A stretch of 64,000 nucleotides of DNA from Vicugna vicugna (GCA_013265495.1 MU058198.1:5657779-5721778), one strand, 5' to 3'; shown: positions 1-12,802, counted from the stretch's first letter. A program made the numbers and translations. The notes: generated by a model not told the origin, from the letters alone.

Positions 1-396
1 CTGGCAGAAGCTCATCAATGGTGCATGGGAGTTTTATGTTTCCCAGCTCAGATGAAGGCGATTCCTGCCTTGCCTTGGGCCAGCATAAAGATGTGACCAG
101 CTAAGGTTACATTTCTCTCCAGAGAGAGCCCCCGCCCCAGCTGATGGGGCTGGGAACAGGCAAGCAGCATCCTCACCATTTCCTCCTGCCACCCAAGCTC
201 AGCCAAGCCCAGCTCTGTCTCATATCAGTTTCCCATTCCAGGTCCTACACCCCCATCCCCAGTGATTTAAATCTCTGCTGATGGAAGCTTCAGCCCCTCG
301 GATGGAGCCCTGTGGCTCTGGATTTGAGGGTCGCTGAAGGGTTAGGATTACAGTCTCTGGACTTACAGAATGAGAATCCTAACCCAGACCTACCAT

Positions 397-530
397 TATT
401 CATTCACTTATTCATTCATTCATTCATTCATTCACCGAAAACACATTGAGCACAGACTTGGTGCCAGACCCTGCTCTAGGCACTGGCGATGAGTGGTAAC
501 CAAGGTAAAGATCTTCTCATAGAGATCATT
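397..530 (-). mobile_element. L2 LINE 3' end with (ATTC)n tail
   Basis: (ATTC)n at about 397-434 followed by 'acattgagcacagacttggtgccagaccctgctctaggcactgg', the reverse complement of the L2 3' terminus. Confidence 0.75.
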
Positions 531-1254
531 CCAGAGGTGGGGGCTACACAGCACGAGGATCTTCATGATAACTTCTAGAAGCAGACATTTCGGGGCAGAG
601 ATGGGGTGTTCCTGTTTAAGGTCACACAGGTTATGAATCACAGAGCTGGTCTCAAAACCAAGTTTGCCCTCTAAACTCTTCACCTTTTAAAGCTTACTGA
701 CTTGAATCCACTGTCGTGGATGAGAGCCAAGCCTGGAAATCAGAAAATGCTTTAAACATAAATCTCAGGAGGGAGTTATATGTGAAGGGAAAACCTGAAC
801 TTAGCACAAGTCCTGGCACATAGCAGGTGCTCAAAAAAATATGTACAGAAGGAAGGGTGGCAGGGAGGCAGGGAGAGAGGAGGGAGGAGGCTTAATTTCA
901 GAGGTGATCATGTTTCCCCACTGAAAGAGACAGTGAAGCTGACAGTTTTATTGTTCAATTGTTTCGTATGGATTTTGAATAAAAAATAAATTGGCTTCTT
1001 TTAAAGAGGACAATCCTGAAAGCCTAGGAGACCAGTGGTGAATCATGCTGACTGCCCTTGGCTTCCTTCCTCATAGCGGGAACTCCCTGTTTGCATCTGG
1101 GAAGACTTAGAGCTCCGGGTGGGGGTGGGAGTGGCCTCCCGGCTCCCCTCCTAGGGTGCCGGGAAGGAAAGCTCCATGCCGAAGGACCGTCTCCGCCCAC
1201 TCTCCTTGTTCACCATTTGCAAATAACTGCACTGAATGCGGGACCCCAGTTGAG

Positions 1255-1440
1255 TGCAAGGCCCCTCTACTTGTATGATCTGCTTGAGCCCTGGTACCCA
1301 CTGCCTCTGCTCACTCTAGAATCTTGGGCAGGTCTCTTCCTGTCATCTGTAAAATGGGCATAAGAAAACCTCCCTCCCAGGACTGCTGTGAAAAGTAGAT
1401 GAGACACATTACATGGAGTGTGGAAACACAGAATTTGCCT
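1255..1440 (+). mobile_element. MIR SINE
   Basis: Core 'tcttgggcaggtc...gtcatctgtaaaatgggcataag...ggactgctgtgaaaagtagatgaga'. Confidence 0.7.
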
Positions 1441-1704
1441 TATAATGGGTATGGTCACTAATATATGATGTCAGCAGGGATTAACTGGTTCTCAAAGGTA
1501 TGAAGGCTACCATCTTTCATCAAGAAGAGAGTGAGAAGGAATAAGTAAAGGAGGGGAATTTAGGGCATACCCAAGGAGACTTACTCAACTTGAAAATGGA
1601 CGGAGGGAAGTCTTTAACATAAAGGTTAATTTGTAATTTTTTTTTAGGTTGGGAGGTCAAAAGTAACCCCCAAGAGAGGGCAGAGGACAGAAGGAGAAAC
1701 CCAG

Positions 1705-2150
1705 AAGTCAGCCAGGATTCTTTCAGTTATACTTGAAAAAAACCAACTTGAAGTGGTTTAATTGATTAAGGGGATTGTATTCAACTGAGGTAATTTTAAG
1801 TCTGGCTGGCTGTATCCAGATACCAAAGGATGGTGTCAAGAGCCTGTGTCTGTCTCTGTGTTGCCTTCGCCGTCAGGCAACATCTCCTCGCTAAATGCGC
1901 CCTGGCAGCATCTCCATGCTTTCCTTCTCCCTGCTCAGCAACCCCGATGGAAAGAGAACCTCTCTTCCAATAGGTCCTGCAAGTCCCAGCACTGGCTTCC
2001 AGTGGCCTGCCTTAGGTCACGTGCCCACCCCCGAACCAACCACTGCAGCCCACGTGGGTGGCATGTGCCAACTGGTCAAGTATGGGTCATTCACCAACTC
2101 CTGGGACAAGAAGGTAGTGTCAGTTCCACCTGAACCAATAGGATTTAGAA
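1705..2150 (-). mobile_element. Old MaLR/ERVL LTR fragment (MLT1K/L- or LTR33-like)
   Basis: 'tcagccaggattctttcagtt...aaaccaacttgaagtggttta' and 'ggtcacgtgcccacccccgaaccaaccactg' resemble old LTR consensus; subfamily uncertain. Confidence 0.5.
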
Positions 2151-2684
2151 TGAGAGAGGTGATGAGCAGGCAACGGCGGCAGAGAGGCACCTCAGAAGGC
2201 TCGGAAGCCCCGGGCTGCAGCATGGAGGGTTTGCCTGGCCCTGACTCAGGTACCGCTACCTGCTTTCATTTCATCCCCCAGCTCCATACGATATCGGGTC
2301 CTGACCTGAAGGACCCAAGCCTCTCCCCCATTTCCTATCCAGGTGTGGGGGAGATGCTGATCGCCCTCCCACTCCGGGCCATGAAGACAAACCCACCGTC
2401 ACCCACCAGACAGCTGGGGGCCAATGTAAATTAATTCAATGCTTGTCACTCAGTCCCTGTTAATTTTCTGGCTTTGTGCTGCTCAGCTCTGGGGTTGTAT
2501 TTCTCTGAAGCTCTTCTTGCCTTTGTCCTCCACTTCAGACCCAGGCTGGTTCCTAGGATCTGATAGTGGTTGACCTCAGCACTCTCTAAATCGTTCCTGA
2601 AATTTTTTCTCCCAAGCACACACTGAGACCCCACAGCTACTGGATACAGCACTCCCCCACCCACCCCCAAAGAAGGATCAGCTC

Positions 2685-3537
2685 CTATGCCCCTGGTTCC
2701 TGGCAAAGAGCTCTTAAAATACTTGGGATTTCCTAAGTGATGAGAGCTATAAAGGTGTCTTTTGTTATGTTAATAAGTTGACTTTTAGACCTTTCCTAAA
2801 AATGGGCGCTGGTTGCCAGGAGAACCAACCATGTGACTAGAGGGTTGGAACTTTCAGTCCCACCCCCAGACCTGCAGGGAGGGAAGAGGGCCTGCGGGGG
2901 AATCAGTCCCTAATGGCCAGTGATATAATCAGTCGTGACTACCTGATGAAGCCTCCATAAAAACTCAAAAGGTCAGAGTTTGGAGAGCGTACAGGTTGCT
3001 GAACACGTGGAGGTTTGGGAAGATCAGCACACTCATTGCGCGTGGAAGCCCCACCCCCTCTCCCCAGGACGTGTCCTGGGCATCTCTCCCACCTGTCTGT
3101 TCCTGAGTTGTATCCTTTTATAATAAACTGGTGATCTAGTATGGAAAATGTTTCTCTGAGTTCTATGAGCCACTCTTGTAAGTTGATCTAACTCGAGAAG
3201 GGGGTCGTGGGATCTCTGCTTTATATCCGGTGGGTCAGAAGTACAGGTAACAACATGGACTTGTGATTGGCATCTGAAGTCCAAGGAGGTTGCTGGAACT
3301 TCCAGTCTGTTAGCCGACTGATAACAGTGTGGGCTCGGGCATCTGAAGTGGGTCACGTTCGGGCAGGGAAGGCGAGTGGGAGTGTTGCAGGACGAAACCC
3401 TTAACCTGTGGACTCTGATGCTGCCTCCAGGTGGACCGTGTCAGAACCAAGTTGAACTGTACGACACCCAGCTGGAGAATTTCTTGTTGGAGGTGTGGGG
3501 AAACCCCCCTCCTCACATTGAAACTGGGTGCTCAGAA
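2685..3537 (+). mobile_element. MER21-type (MER21B/C-like) solo LTR
   Basis: Diagnostic blocks 'ggttgccaggagaaccaaccatgtgactagagggttggaactttcagtccc', 'gaagcctccataaaaactcaaaagg', 'gttcctgagttgtatccttttataataaactgg', 'gattggcatctgaagt'. Confidence 0.85.
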
Positions 3538-3642
3538 CCTACTTAGTCCCTGATGACCAGAATTAGTTCTGAGACTCCAGCAAACAGCCTTCCAAAGAGC
3601 CAGCTCCAAGTCATTACTTTTGTCATTTTCCATTTCGGGTTT

Positions 3643-4030
3643 ATGTATTCGTTAGTGTAATGCTAGCTGATGCAACAAATAAACCCCCAGACTTCAGCAG
3701 CTCACCCTAACACAGCTTTTTTCCCTCCCACATGAACAGCCTGATGTGGGTGTTCCTGGCCACTGGTGATACTCCGTCAGGAGCAACCTGGCTGCTTTCA
3801 CCTCATGGCTCTCTCTATTGTGTGGCCCCGCCATCCCCTAGGTCCTCAGAGTCTTCCACATCTCTCCAGACACGAAGAAAAGTAAAACAGAAACCCCAAC
3901 CTCCTTCTTTAGAGGCCCCAGCCCAGAAGGGACTGCCATCAGCTCTGCTCATATCCCATTGGTCAGTCTAGTCCCATGACCACACCTGGGAGCAAGGGCT
4001 CTGGGAAGATGAAGCAGCTGCTCCCAGTGA
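3643..4030 (-). mobile_element. MLT1 (J/K-like) MaLR LTR
   Basis: Starts 'tgtattcgttagtgtaatgctagctgatgcaacaaataaaccccc'; contains 'tctgctcatatcccattggtcagtctagtcccatgaccacacct'. Confidence 0.65.
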
Positions 4031-4139
4031 CAGCCCTACACGACACAAAGGTGGAAAGAACGCACATTTCTGCAAGGTAACTGGCTATCTGTGCCACCAC
4101 ATAATCTTATCATTTTATCATTAGTCACCAACCACAGGT

Positions 4140-4400
4140 AAATTGCTTTTTAAACTGATTTATGTTGTGCAGAGTTTCCATGTATTAACATCCACCTTTC
4201 AGTTCCCCAGTTATGATCACTGTGTTAACTGACAACGTGTAGCCTGCAGCAAATCAAGCCACTGCCAAATTCCAATTGGCTGAATCCCCTGGGGTTCTGA
4301 GTAGTTGGATCCGGAGGCACATCCACAGGAAAGGATTCTCGCAGTGAAGCTGGGTCAAAAGGGATTTAGTTTACATGGCACACACAGGCTTCATTTGACC
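4140..4400. mobile_element. Possible hAT-family DNA transposon fragment (MER113-like)
   Basis: 'gcagcaaatcaagccactgccaaattccaattggctgaatc...gagtagttggatccggaggc' resembles a recalled MER113-type consensus; weak assignment. Confidence 0.35.
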
Positions 4401-4659
4401 TAAGTGAGTGTCCAAAACATCCCTTTCAAATAGAGATTAAAACTCCCCAAGCCCATCTCTCCCTTAAAAAATTTAGTAAAAAAGCTGCATATTGATTGTA
4501 TAATTTACACGGACTCACTGGGGAATGAAGCAAGAGTGTATCCACGTGAATCATCACACAGTGCCAAGTATCCCAGGGGCCTTTCTGAAACATGGAAGGC
4601 AGTGGAGATGGAGGTCTTTGGTATCGGATGGTCACCTTGGACAGCAGCAGGAGGATATG

Positions 4660-4876
4660 GGAGTTAAGAAGCCAAGTCAAGCTCTGAGTTCCCAGATCCA
4701 CCCCTTCTTCAGGCTGTGACTTCAAACTCATTACTCAACCAGGCTGAAAAATTGGAATAACAGTATCACCTACTTCCTAAGAGTGGTGTGATTATGCAGG
4801 GACTGTAAAGTGCTTGTTAGCACAGTGCCTGGCCTGCAGCGGGCATTCAGTAAATATCAGCTACTGTTATTATTAA
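4660..4876 (+). mobile_element. MIR SINE
   Basis: 'tgtaaagtgcttgttagcacagtgcctggcctgcagcgggcattcagtaaatatcagctactgttattatta' matches the MIR 3' end. Confidence 0.75.
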
Positions 4877-5230
4877 GAGTTCACCTTACAAGAAAGTCCC
4901 ATCTATTGATTTATGTCGCCTGCCTTCAGAACACGTTGGCTGTGTTAAAGGATACAGCTTTCGGGAGCACTGGGAGACTTCATTTTGAGGTCCTGGAATG
5001 AGAAAGGCCAAGGAGCAGAGGGGACTGGCTACAACGTAGTCCAAGGATTCTAAACACCTAGCAGTGGGAGGTGGCAGTCCTGATTGAAGTGAAGTCAGCG
5101 CTAGCCTTTGTGTGAGGACAGGGCAGGGACAATGCCCTTAAGGACCCCAACAGGTCAAACAGGAGAAGAACTAGGAGTAACTTATTCACCTGCTCCAGCC
5201 TCTTCTGACCACACAGGCCGGCATGCAGGG

Positions 5231-5248
5231 ACACACACACACACACAC
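5231..5248. repeat. (AC)n microsatellite
   Basis: acacacacacacacacac. Confidence 0.9.
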
Positions 5249-5254
5249 TACTAC

Positions 5255-5490
5255 AGCCATTGCACTTCTGGGAATTTTTCTACAGGCAATCATTGGATTG
5301 GTGTATAAATATTTACGAACAGGGATATTTATAAAGATGGAAACAACCTAGATATCCAACCACGGGGCATCCATTCAGCAACAATGGATCACTCATAGTA
5401 TTAGGCACCCATTAAAAATGACAGTGCAGAGCTCTACTTATTGACACAGAAAAACATCCCTGATCCAACATTTAGAGGAAAATCAGGCTG
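5255..5490 (+). mobile_element. Old L1 (L1ME-like) 3' fragment
   Basis: 'attgcacttctgggaattt...tggaaacaacctagatatccaacc...cattaaaaatga' matches L1M ORF2 end / 3' UTR. Confidence 0.6.
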
Positions 5491-6152
5491 AAATAAGCTT
5501 CTTGATTACAAAAGTATTTAGAGAGCATTTACCATGTACAAGAACTGTACCAAGGACTTCAAATATATTAGCTCAATTTAATGCTCACACCAACCCCGTG
5601 ACTCAGAACTTGCATGACGATCACGCTGACAAGTGATGAGCAGAGTCTGGGACCCTGATGGCATCTTTGATCTGTTCACTCACCTGGGAAGACCTGTACA
5701 TTTCTTGTTACAAATAAATAAACCAACCCCAATTTCTTGAAGCCAATGTTAGTGAGGTTTCCTGTTCATTGCAACCAAACGCAATCCTAATTCATATGAT
5801 TTATAAATGGCAAGGATAGGATCTAACCACTTCTGCAGAGGTGGCAGTGCAGAGCCAAAGTAGGAGATATGAGAAGATCAGACTTTCTGGGCTGCATTTG
5901 GTCCAGTGTAGTCTTGCGCAGGGATGCAATCTCTCACCTCCTCCTGGCCCAGCACGAGCATCTGTCACTACCATCTCTTGCACCAGCTGCGCTAGCTGGC
6001 CTGCCCCCCAGACTAGACCCAGGAGTCTGAGGGAGCCGGGACACTCCCCAGAGCCATTCCTCCCTGAGCTCGTGGCTCCATCAGGTTCACTGCCAGAAAG
6101 ACACTTTGCATCTCTTCTGCTCATTGCAATTCAGTCACGTCAGAGCAGCCCA

Positions 6153-6261
6153 CAGGATCCGAATGCAATTTTCTCATTGAATTATGCTAAATCCTTCAGG
6201 GAAGGAGGCGAAATTATTTAAAACCTATAAAAACTAAAGCAACATTCTGGCTCTATATTTT
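6153..6261 (+). repeat. Left arm of 109-bp inverted duplication
   Basis: Reverse complement of 7326-7434 with 5 substitutions and no indels (manual alignment). Confidence 0.97.
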
Positions 6262-7044
6262 AACTTTCTGATCATTATTTAGAGTTAACCTTTTCTGCCG
6301 CTAAATCACAAACCCATTTTGCTGTATATCAGGCGGCACGGGCCATAAGGCAGGAGAAAAGAGAAAACCACCCAGGCAAAGAGCAGACCTGGGGATTGCT
6401 CCTCGGGCTCCGGTAGATAATAGAAAGCCAGGTGGCATTTTGCTCTTAGAAATCAAAAGTATCAGGAGGTGATTCATTGAAGCAGCAGAAAAATGAATTG
6501 TAGCAGTGTTGTTATAAATATTAGAGCCGTAGATTAGGGGTGAGTTGTGTTTCTGCAGGATAATGCACTGAATGGGGATGAGAATTCATGCATCAGGCAG
6601 ACGTGGGATTGAATCCTGTGCCTGGGAGCTCAGGAAATTATTTATACCCTCTGAGTCTCAACCCCCCCATATATAAAATGAAAATAATACTAAATAACTC
6701 ATCCAATTAGGAGGCAGGTACTATTATTTACTGTTATGTCTTAAGTGGAGAAAACAAGGCACAGAGAAGTCCCAGTGACTTGTCCCTGCAGCAGAATGGC
6801 AAAGCTAAGGTCAGATTTCTGGCTGGTGGCTTGAGAGGCTGGATTGGTCTGCAGATTAAGTAAAATTACCATTATCTTCTCAAGACAGTGCTTGTTATAT
6901 AGTAGGTACTCAATAAATGCTGGATAAGTCATTTGTATAACTTTGTTATTTATAAGCAAATACACATAATTTGTATAAGTAAGTTGTATCAATAACCTTA
7001 TCAATGCACCAGCCTAATTCCGATTTCTCATTTTTCCACAGCAG

Positions 7045-7250
7045 GCTCTCCTGAAACCCCCAAATTGGTCGGACGCCCCATATTTGATGCTCTTATAGCA
7101 GCACCCTGTATTTTTCCCTCATGGCATTTCAATGCAATTAATTATCCATGTGATTAACCGTTTCACATGCAACTTCCACTCCAGCCCTGTGGGTTTTTAC
7201 GATTGCAGGGACTGGGTCTCTCTCCTTGATGCGCACAGTGCCTGGTAGGA
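7045..7250 (+). mobile_element. L2 3' fragment
   Basis: 'gcaccctgtatttttccctcatggcattt...gcagggactgggtctc...gcacagtgcctgg'. Confidence 0.6.
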
Positions 7251-7325
7251 AGTACTCATCCTCCCAGCAAAGCTGATGGGGTGTTTACTTTGTGCCCCAC
7301 AGGCACTGTTTTAGGCACTGTCAAC

Positions 7326-7434
7326 AAAATATAGAGCCAGAATGTTGCTTTAGTTTTTACAGCTTTTAAATAATTTCGCCTCTTTCCCCGAAGGATTTAG
7401 CATAATTCAATGAGAAAATTGCATTCAGATCCTG
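7326..7434 (-). repeat. Right arm of 109-bp inverted duplication, interrupting an L2 fragment
   Basis: Reverse complement of 6153-6261; flanks 'aggcactgttttaggcactg' and 'cctgccctc...acagacaag' read as contiguous minus-strand L2. Confidence 0.95.
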
Positions 7435-7504
7435 CCCTCTTAAATGAGTGAGGGCACACAGACAAGAAATATGCAAACTAGTAAGTACATGGTATATCCA
7501 GCGA

Positions 7505-7735
7505 TGTCTTAGTCCATTCAGGCTGCTGTAACAAAGTCCCACAGACTGAGTGGCTTAAATGACCGACGTTAATTTCTCACAGTTTAGGAGGCTGGGAAGT
7601 CTAAGATCAAGGTACCGGCAGATCTGGTGTCTGGTGCAAACTCTCTGACTGCTTCTTTAATGGCCATCTTTTCACTGTATCCTCACATGGCAGAGAGCAG
7701 AGGGAGATCCTGTGTCTCTTCCTCTTTGTTTCTTC
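7505..7735 (-). mobile_element. MLT1A-like MaLR LTR (partial)
   Basis: 'tgtcttagtccattcaggctgctgtaacaaag...ttctcacagtttaggaggctgggaagtctaagatcaagg'. Confidence 0.85.
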
Positions 7736-8229
7736 CTTTGTGATGGAGGGAGCTGGAATCTGAATCACATCATTTGGGAGCTGGATCAAGCCATACCTCA
7801 AGTTACTTCTGGTCTCTTCTGTTACTCAAACTGACCAGCTCCCTTTATACTGAAGCTGCTTTGGGGTAGTTTCTGCCCCCGGCAACCAAAAACATCCTAA
7901 ATGAGAGAAATGGGTGTGGTATAAGCTCCTCTCTCACTGTAGGTGCACAAGCAGGGGTGGAATGGCCACCTGTGTTGCAGGCAATGGCAGGATTCGAGCA
8001 TTAACAGGAGGTTGGACAACAAAGTCCCTCTACAGAGTTTTCTTGTTCTTAAGGATAAACTTCCATAATGTTCTTGGTGCAGTTTTAGGACTAGTTGTTA
8101 CAATATCTAGGATGAATGCCAGAACCTCCCAGAAGGATATGTCAGCCCAACGATCATTGGTTTATCCAGGCAGGTAAGGTGCTGTCTGGTAGGTCCTTAC
8201 TGTGGACAATATCCTACGCGACCTGACTT

Positions 8230-8800
8230 CTCGCCCCACTCTCCCGCACACTCCCTCTTCTTCTGTTCATTTCTTAAATAGAACAAGCATGTTCCAACCT
8301 CGGGGCCTTTGCACTTACTGTTCCTCCTCCAAACCTTTCCATAACTAGTTCCTTCTCATCTCAGCCCAGAGGTCACCTCCTCAGAGAGGCTAGATTGCCC
8401 CTGATTGCCAAATCTGAACTGCAAAACCCAGACCCCTTTAGTTTGCTACCGTGTCTTATTTTCATCATAGCACTTTTACAGTCTTAAGTGACCTTAAACG
8501 GGAACTTAAATTAAGATGACTCTTACCCAGAACCACACAAGGACATGCATGGAAATGTTCGTCACTGCTTTGCTCTGGTAACACGAGGTGAGAGCTAACT
8601 TGGGTGCCCAACACTAGGGGACTGGATACCAGGAAGGAGTCAGATGTAGTCAAACAAATGAGGAAAAAGCGGCATCAGAAGATTTCTGAGACATAGTGTT
8701 GAGGAGAAACAGCATGATGCTGCTTTTGTAATTAAAAAAGAAAACACACACGCTTAAAAATCAACATATATTTCTCCAAAATGCATACAGATTTAAGAAT
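8230..8800 (+). mobile_element. L2 fragment followed by old L1M 3' fragment
   Basis: L2 'ggggcctttgcacttactgttcc...gtcacctcctcagagaggc'; then L1M-like 'ggaaatgttcgtcactgctttg...gtgcccaacactagggga'. Confidence 0.5.
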
Positions 8801-10419
8801 GCATTTCAAATATATTAGAGTGACTGCCTCTAGGGGAGCAATTAAATGGGAGGAGAGATGGGAAGTAAAGGGGCCGTATCTGTGATAAATCAACTGCCTG
8901 GACCATGGATGTCCGTGTGTCACAAACAGAGAAGTGTGGTTAAGTCAGCTCTGTGCAGCTGAGGTCCAAAAATTAAAGAATGATAATTCAAATCCATCTT
9001 CTCTTTGCCTAAATAACTCCCACTTATCCTTCGTATCTCAGGGTATGACCTCCCTGGCTCAGACGGAACCCCCATTATGCGCCCTCCAGTGCCAAGGACC
9101 TCCGCTGTTTCACCTCACCTGTCCCAAGTGCAATTTCACAGTTATCTCTGTCACTTCTGGGTCCGTATCTGTCTCCCCAACTCTACTCTGGTTCTGGGAG
9201 GGCAGTAAATACATTTTCTCTATTTCTCTGTCCTCCCACTCCTCTTCCTCCTCCTCCTCCCAGCCTCTTTCCTCCCTCCCTTACATCCTGACACTGGATG
9301 CAGTTTCGGGCACTCTGCAGATTGCTGACGGCACAGAGGAGCGAGTGAAAACATTCACGAGAAACCCATCATCAGAGCCACAAACATGCGTGCAAGGGAG
9401 TCACACAGGCTCATATCGTGCAAATCACACCACACACACACTCAGAAAATGCGTCACAGAGCCATGCACAAAACACACACGAAAGACGTGGAAATGCACA
9501 TCAGATATGCCCAGGTGTGCACCCACTCAGAGATGGGCACCACGCAAGGCACCGGCTTCCATTACTGTCAACTAACTCCAGCCTGACCCTCCTCCCCCAC
9601 CTCCCGGACCGTCCCCAGGGGCACCTGCCTGCACCCTTCCCAGAGCAACAGGTGTCTCCCAGCTTCCAAAGGCAAACTTCATTTTCTATCCTGCCTGGTT
9701 TTTCCCTTTTAAGCACCCCTTTCCAACTCAGGCTCATGCCCAGGTTTCCTCTGGAAGCCTGGTACTTCCCTCCTGAGGACTGTTTCCAGAGCTTCCAGCT
9801 TAGCTGGAAAAGTGGATCAAGCTGTCCCCGGCCCTCCCACCTCCCCTACAAAGGCCAGCCTCCCAGTACCTACAGGAGATTTGGTAGGATAAACAGATAA
9901 AAGGCGGCCTGCTTTGTCATTTCAGAAAATGAAAACAAAGGGAGCGAGTCAGGAAGGGAAAGCAGATAAAGCTGGAAGTGTTTAGAGAAAGGTTTTCATG
10001 AAAGCCGGTCCGGATCACTGGACGCTTCCCTCTCTCCACCCTCGGAAAGAGAACTTGTGTGCGGTTACCCGGAGGCTTGTAGCCCCGGGTTTAATTAGAG
10101 CTCACACCCTAAACAGCAGGTGCCAAGGAGGCAGAATTTTATTTGCCCTGTCCCCAGCGCCTTGCACAGTACCTGGAAACCCAAAGGGCACTCGATAAAT
10201 ATTTCTGTTCTGAGCAACCAGGACAGAAACCTGTGGACATACACACCCTATCGTCAGTATTAAGTAAATGCTGACTGTGACAAGGCAGGGGTTTCTGTGT
10301 CTGTTATCACATTTAATCTTCACCGTGCTGTTAGGAAGGATCAGAGAGGTTTATTCACTGGCCAGAGGTCACACAGCTAGCAGGAAGCAGGTGCAGGATT
10401 GAAAAGCAGATCTTTGGTT

Positions 10420-10530
10420 TATTCAATCATTCATTCATTCATTCATTCGTTCTCCTAGTACTCACTGAGCACCTCCCGTGGACCAGGCCCTGCACTGGGC
10501 TCAGAGAACAAAATACTGAGCAAAAAGAGC
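10420..10530 (-). mobile_element. L2 3' end with (ATTC)n
   Basis: 'attcattcattcattcattcg...actgagcacctcccgtggaccaggccctgcactgggc'. Confidence 0.7.
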
Positions 10531-11079
10531 ATTCTCCAGGAATAAGGGTGGTGTTTTAAGAATTGGAAACATGTGGAATGATTGATTAAAATTTACTAGG
10601 TAGACTTGGTGGGATTTGGGGATTGGCTGCACATGTAAGGGGACACAGATGTAGTGAATGTGGAGAAGGGGGACTGTGAATTGTCACCAGCATCTTTATT
10701 ATTATTATTATCATATATTTGCTAATACTAGGTGTCAGGTGCAGTTCTGTGTTAGTTCATTTATTCAGCTAATTGACTCACAGCAAGCCTGGGAGGCATG
10801 TACCATTGTTGTGCTAAAACAGAATTGAAAACAAGGTGGGATGAGGAGTAACTTGCCCAAGGAGACGCAGCTGGTAAACACTGTGGCTGCACAGCCCATG
10901 TGACAGGGCAAAGTGGAAGGAAGGACAAAGCGAAGGAGGAAGTGACGATGGGGCAGTATGAGGTCTCCTGTTATTGCTGTTTGATTCTTGGTGGATTTTT
11001 TTTTTAAGATAGAGAGACTTGAGCATGCCCAAGAAAGGACTGGCCAACCTCTGTGAAGACCAATGTGGCCCCAACTGGT

Positions 11080-11520
11080 AACATGAGAAGTGCACGTGCC
11101 CAGTGCCAAGTAATTCTGCTTCTGAGAATTTATGCCACAGATATCCTCGTATGTGTGAGAAACAATGTGTATGCGCCAGGGTAGGCATGGTAAAAGACTG
11201 GACAAGTCCAAATGTCATTGGTAGGGGGTCAAGCTGCCCAACAGAATGCCATATAGCAATAAAAGGGCTGAGAAAGATCTTTGTGTGTTGATATGAAATG
11301 ACCTCCAAGATATACTAGGTGAAGAAAAGGAAGGCAGCCAACAGTGTGTAGTGCAACCACATACCCATGGAATTGCTCGTGTGCATTAAGAATCTCGGGA
11401 ATGATCCACAGGAACTAGCAAGTTGGGAAATCTCCTGGAGGGAAACTGGGTTGGAATGACAAGGGTAACGGGGAGACCACCCTTAAGAATTTTTTGATTA
11501 TATCACTGTATCAATCAAAA
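11080..11520 (+). mobile_element. Old L1 (L1MC/ME-like) 3' fragment
   Basis: 'aattctgcttctgagaatttatgccacagatat...atatgaaatgacctccaagatatactaggtgaagaaaagg'. Confidence 0.6.
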
Positions 11521-12329
11521 CAAACTATGAAATTTCAGGCTGGGTTCAGCTGGGCTTGGGCACAGGCTGCATGTTGGGATCTGCGTGGTTGGCGGGGTCT
11601 GCTCCACGTCTCTGTCTCCGTGCCTCCTGGGGCATGATGACGCCCAAAGAGCAAAAGGAATAAGCAGAACAGGGAGTTACTCTCGAGACCTGTGCTCTGA
11701 TTAGGCGTGCTGTCACTTCTGCCAAAGCCAGTCCCAAAGTCAAAGGGCAGAGACACACGCTCCACCCCGAGTGTCAGGTGCTTCAAAGGCACCTGACAGA
11801 GGCAGGAATGTGGGAAGAGGTGGAGACTCAGGGCCAATAATGAAACCCACCCCAGGAGGATATTGTCTAAAAATCCACATTATTTAAATGTAAAAAGATA
11901 ATACACAGGCAAATGTATACACGCATGCACACTCAAATCCAGTGAGGGGGCACCAACAGACAGGGAGGGAAAGACTGAACGTCTCCAAGAAGAGGGCCCC
12001 CAGGAGCAGGGTCCTGGGAGGCGGGAGGGGACGGATCCAGAGCCCGGGGGGTGGGGAAGGGCTTGGGACAGGTCACAGTGAGAGAAAGAAAGGGTAGAAG
12101 AATGGGTGCAGAGGCAGGTAACTCGTTCTCCACGCAGCCAGAGTGGCCTTTTAAAAGGAGATCTATTTTAAAAATAGATCATGTGATTTTCCTGCTCAAA
12201 ATCCTCCAGCAGCTCTTCACTTGAGTCAAGGGTCCATTAACCCAGGGAATCCCAGTTCTGTCAACCTCCACCCCAACCCCCAACAGAGTTGAAGCAGCAG
12301 AGACTCGGTGTTGATGCTAGAGGCAAGCA

Positions 12330-12802
12330 CTGCCCAGGACCCGCGGCAGGAGCTGTCAGCCCTCCATATGTACCCCTTCCATCCCCGTAACCAGCCTCAA
12401 ACACACCAGCTCCCAGTGAGCTTCCCTCCCGACAGCCAGCACCTGAACGTCTTTGCTGGCGGACTGCCTCCAGCCTGCCGGAGCCCACTTGGTCGTGTGC
12501 GCGAAGAGCCAGATGTGGCTGGGGACTTACTTCCCTCCTGCCCCCTGGACGTCTCTGGCTGCCTTTCCCCAGGCCTGGTCCCATGAGGAGGTGTCACTCA
12601 CACTGTCTCCAGGGTCGCTCCATCCCAGGCTGTGTCCCAGGTTCACTCCATGGACCCTATCTGATTCCATCCTTGCCTTCCATCTTTGCTCCCGTCTCAC
12701 TCCCTTGCTCCCCTACTGATCTTCCCTGGGGAGTGCTTCCCAGTAAAAACCTCACACGCAAAACTTCATCTAAGGGCCTGATTCAGAGAAACCGAACCTA
12801 GA
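12330..12802 (+). mobile_element. LTR16-like ERVL LTR
   Basis: 3' end 'cttccctggggagtgcttcccagtaaaaacctc...atctaagggcctgattcagagaaaccgaacctaga' resembles LTR16 termini. Confidence 0.55.

Noticed and set aside
1895..2434. 179-aa ORF
   Set aside because: Overlaps an old LTR fragment; no recognisable domain
8934..9575. 213-aa ORF, the longest in the track
   Set aside because: Non-ATG start; runs through L2 remnants, a CCT-rich tract and CA-rich low complexity; no protein-family features
12046..12067. G-quadruplex motif (GGGGGG T GGGG AA GGG CTT GGG); similar motif at 63071-63102
   Set aside because: Such motifs are common at this GC content; no additional functional evidence
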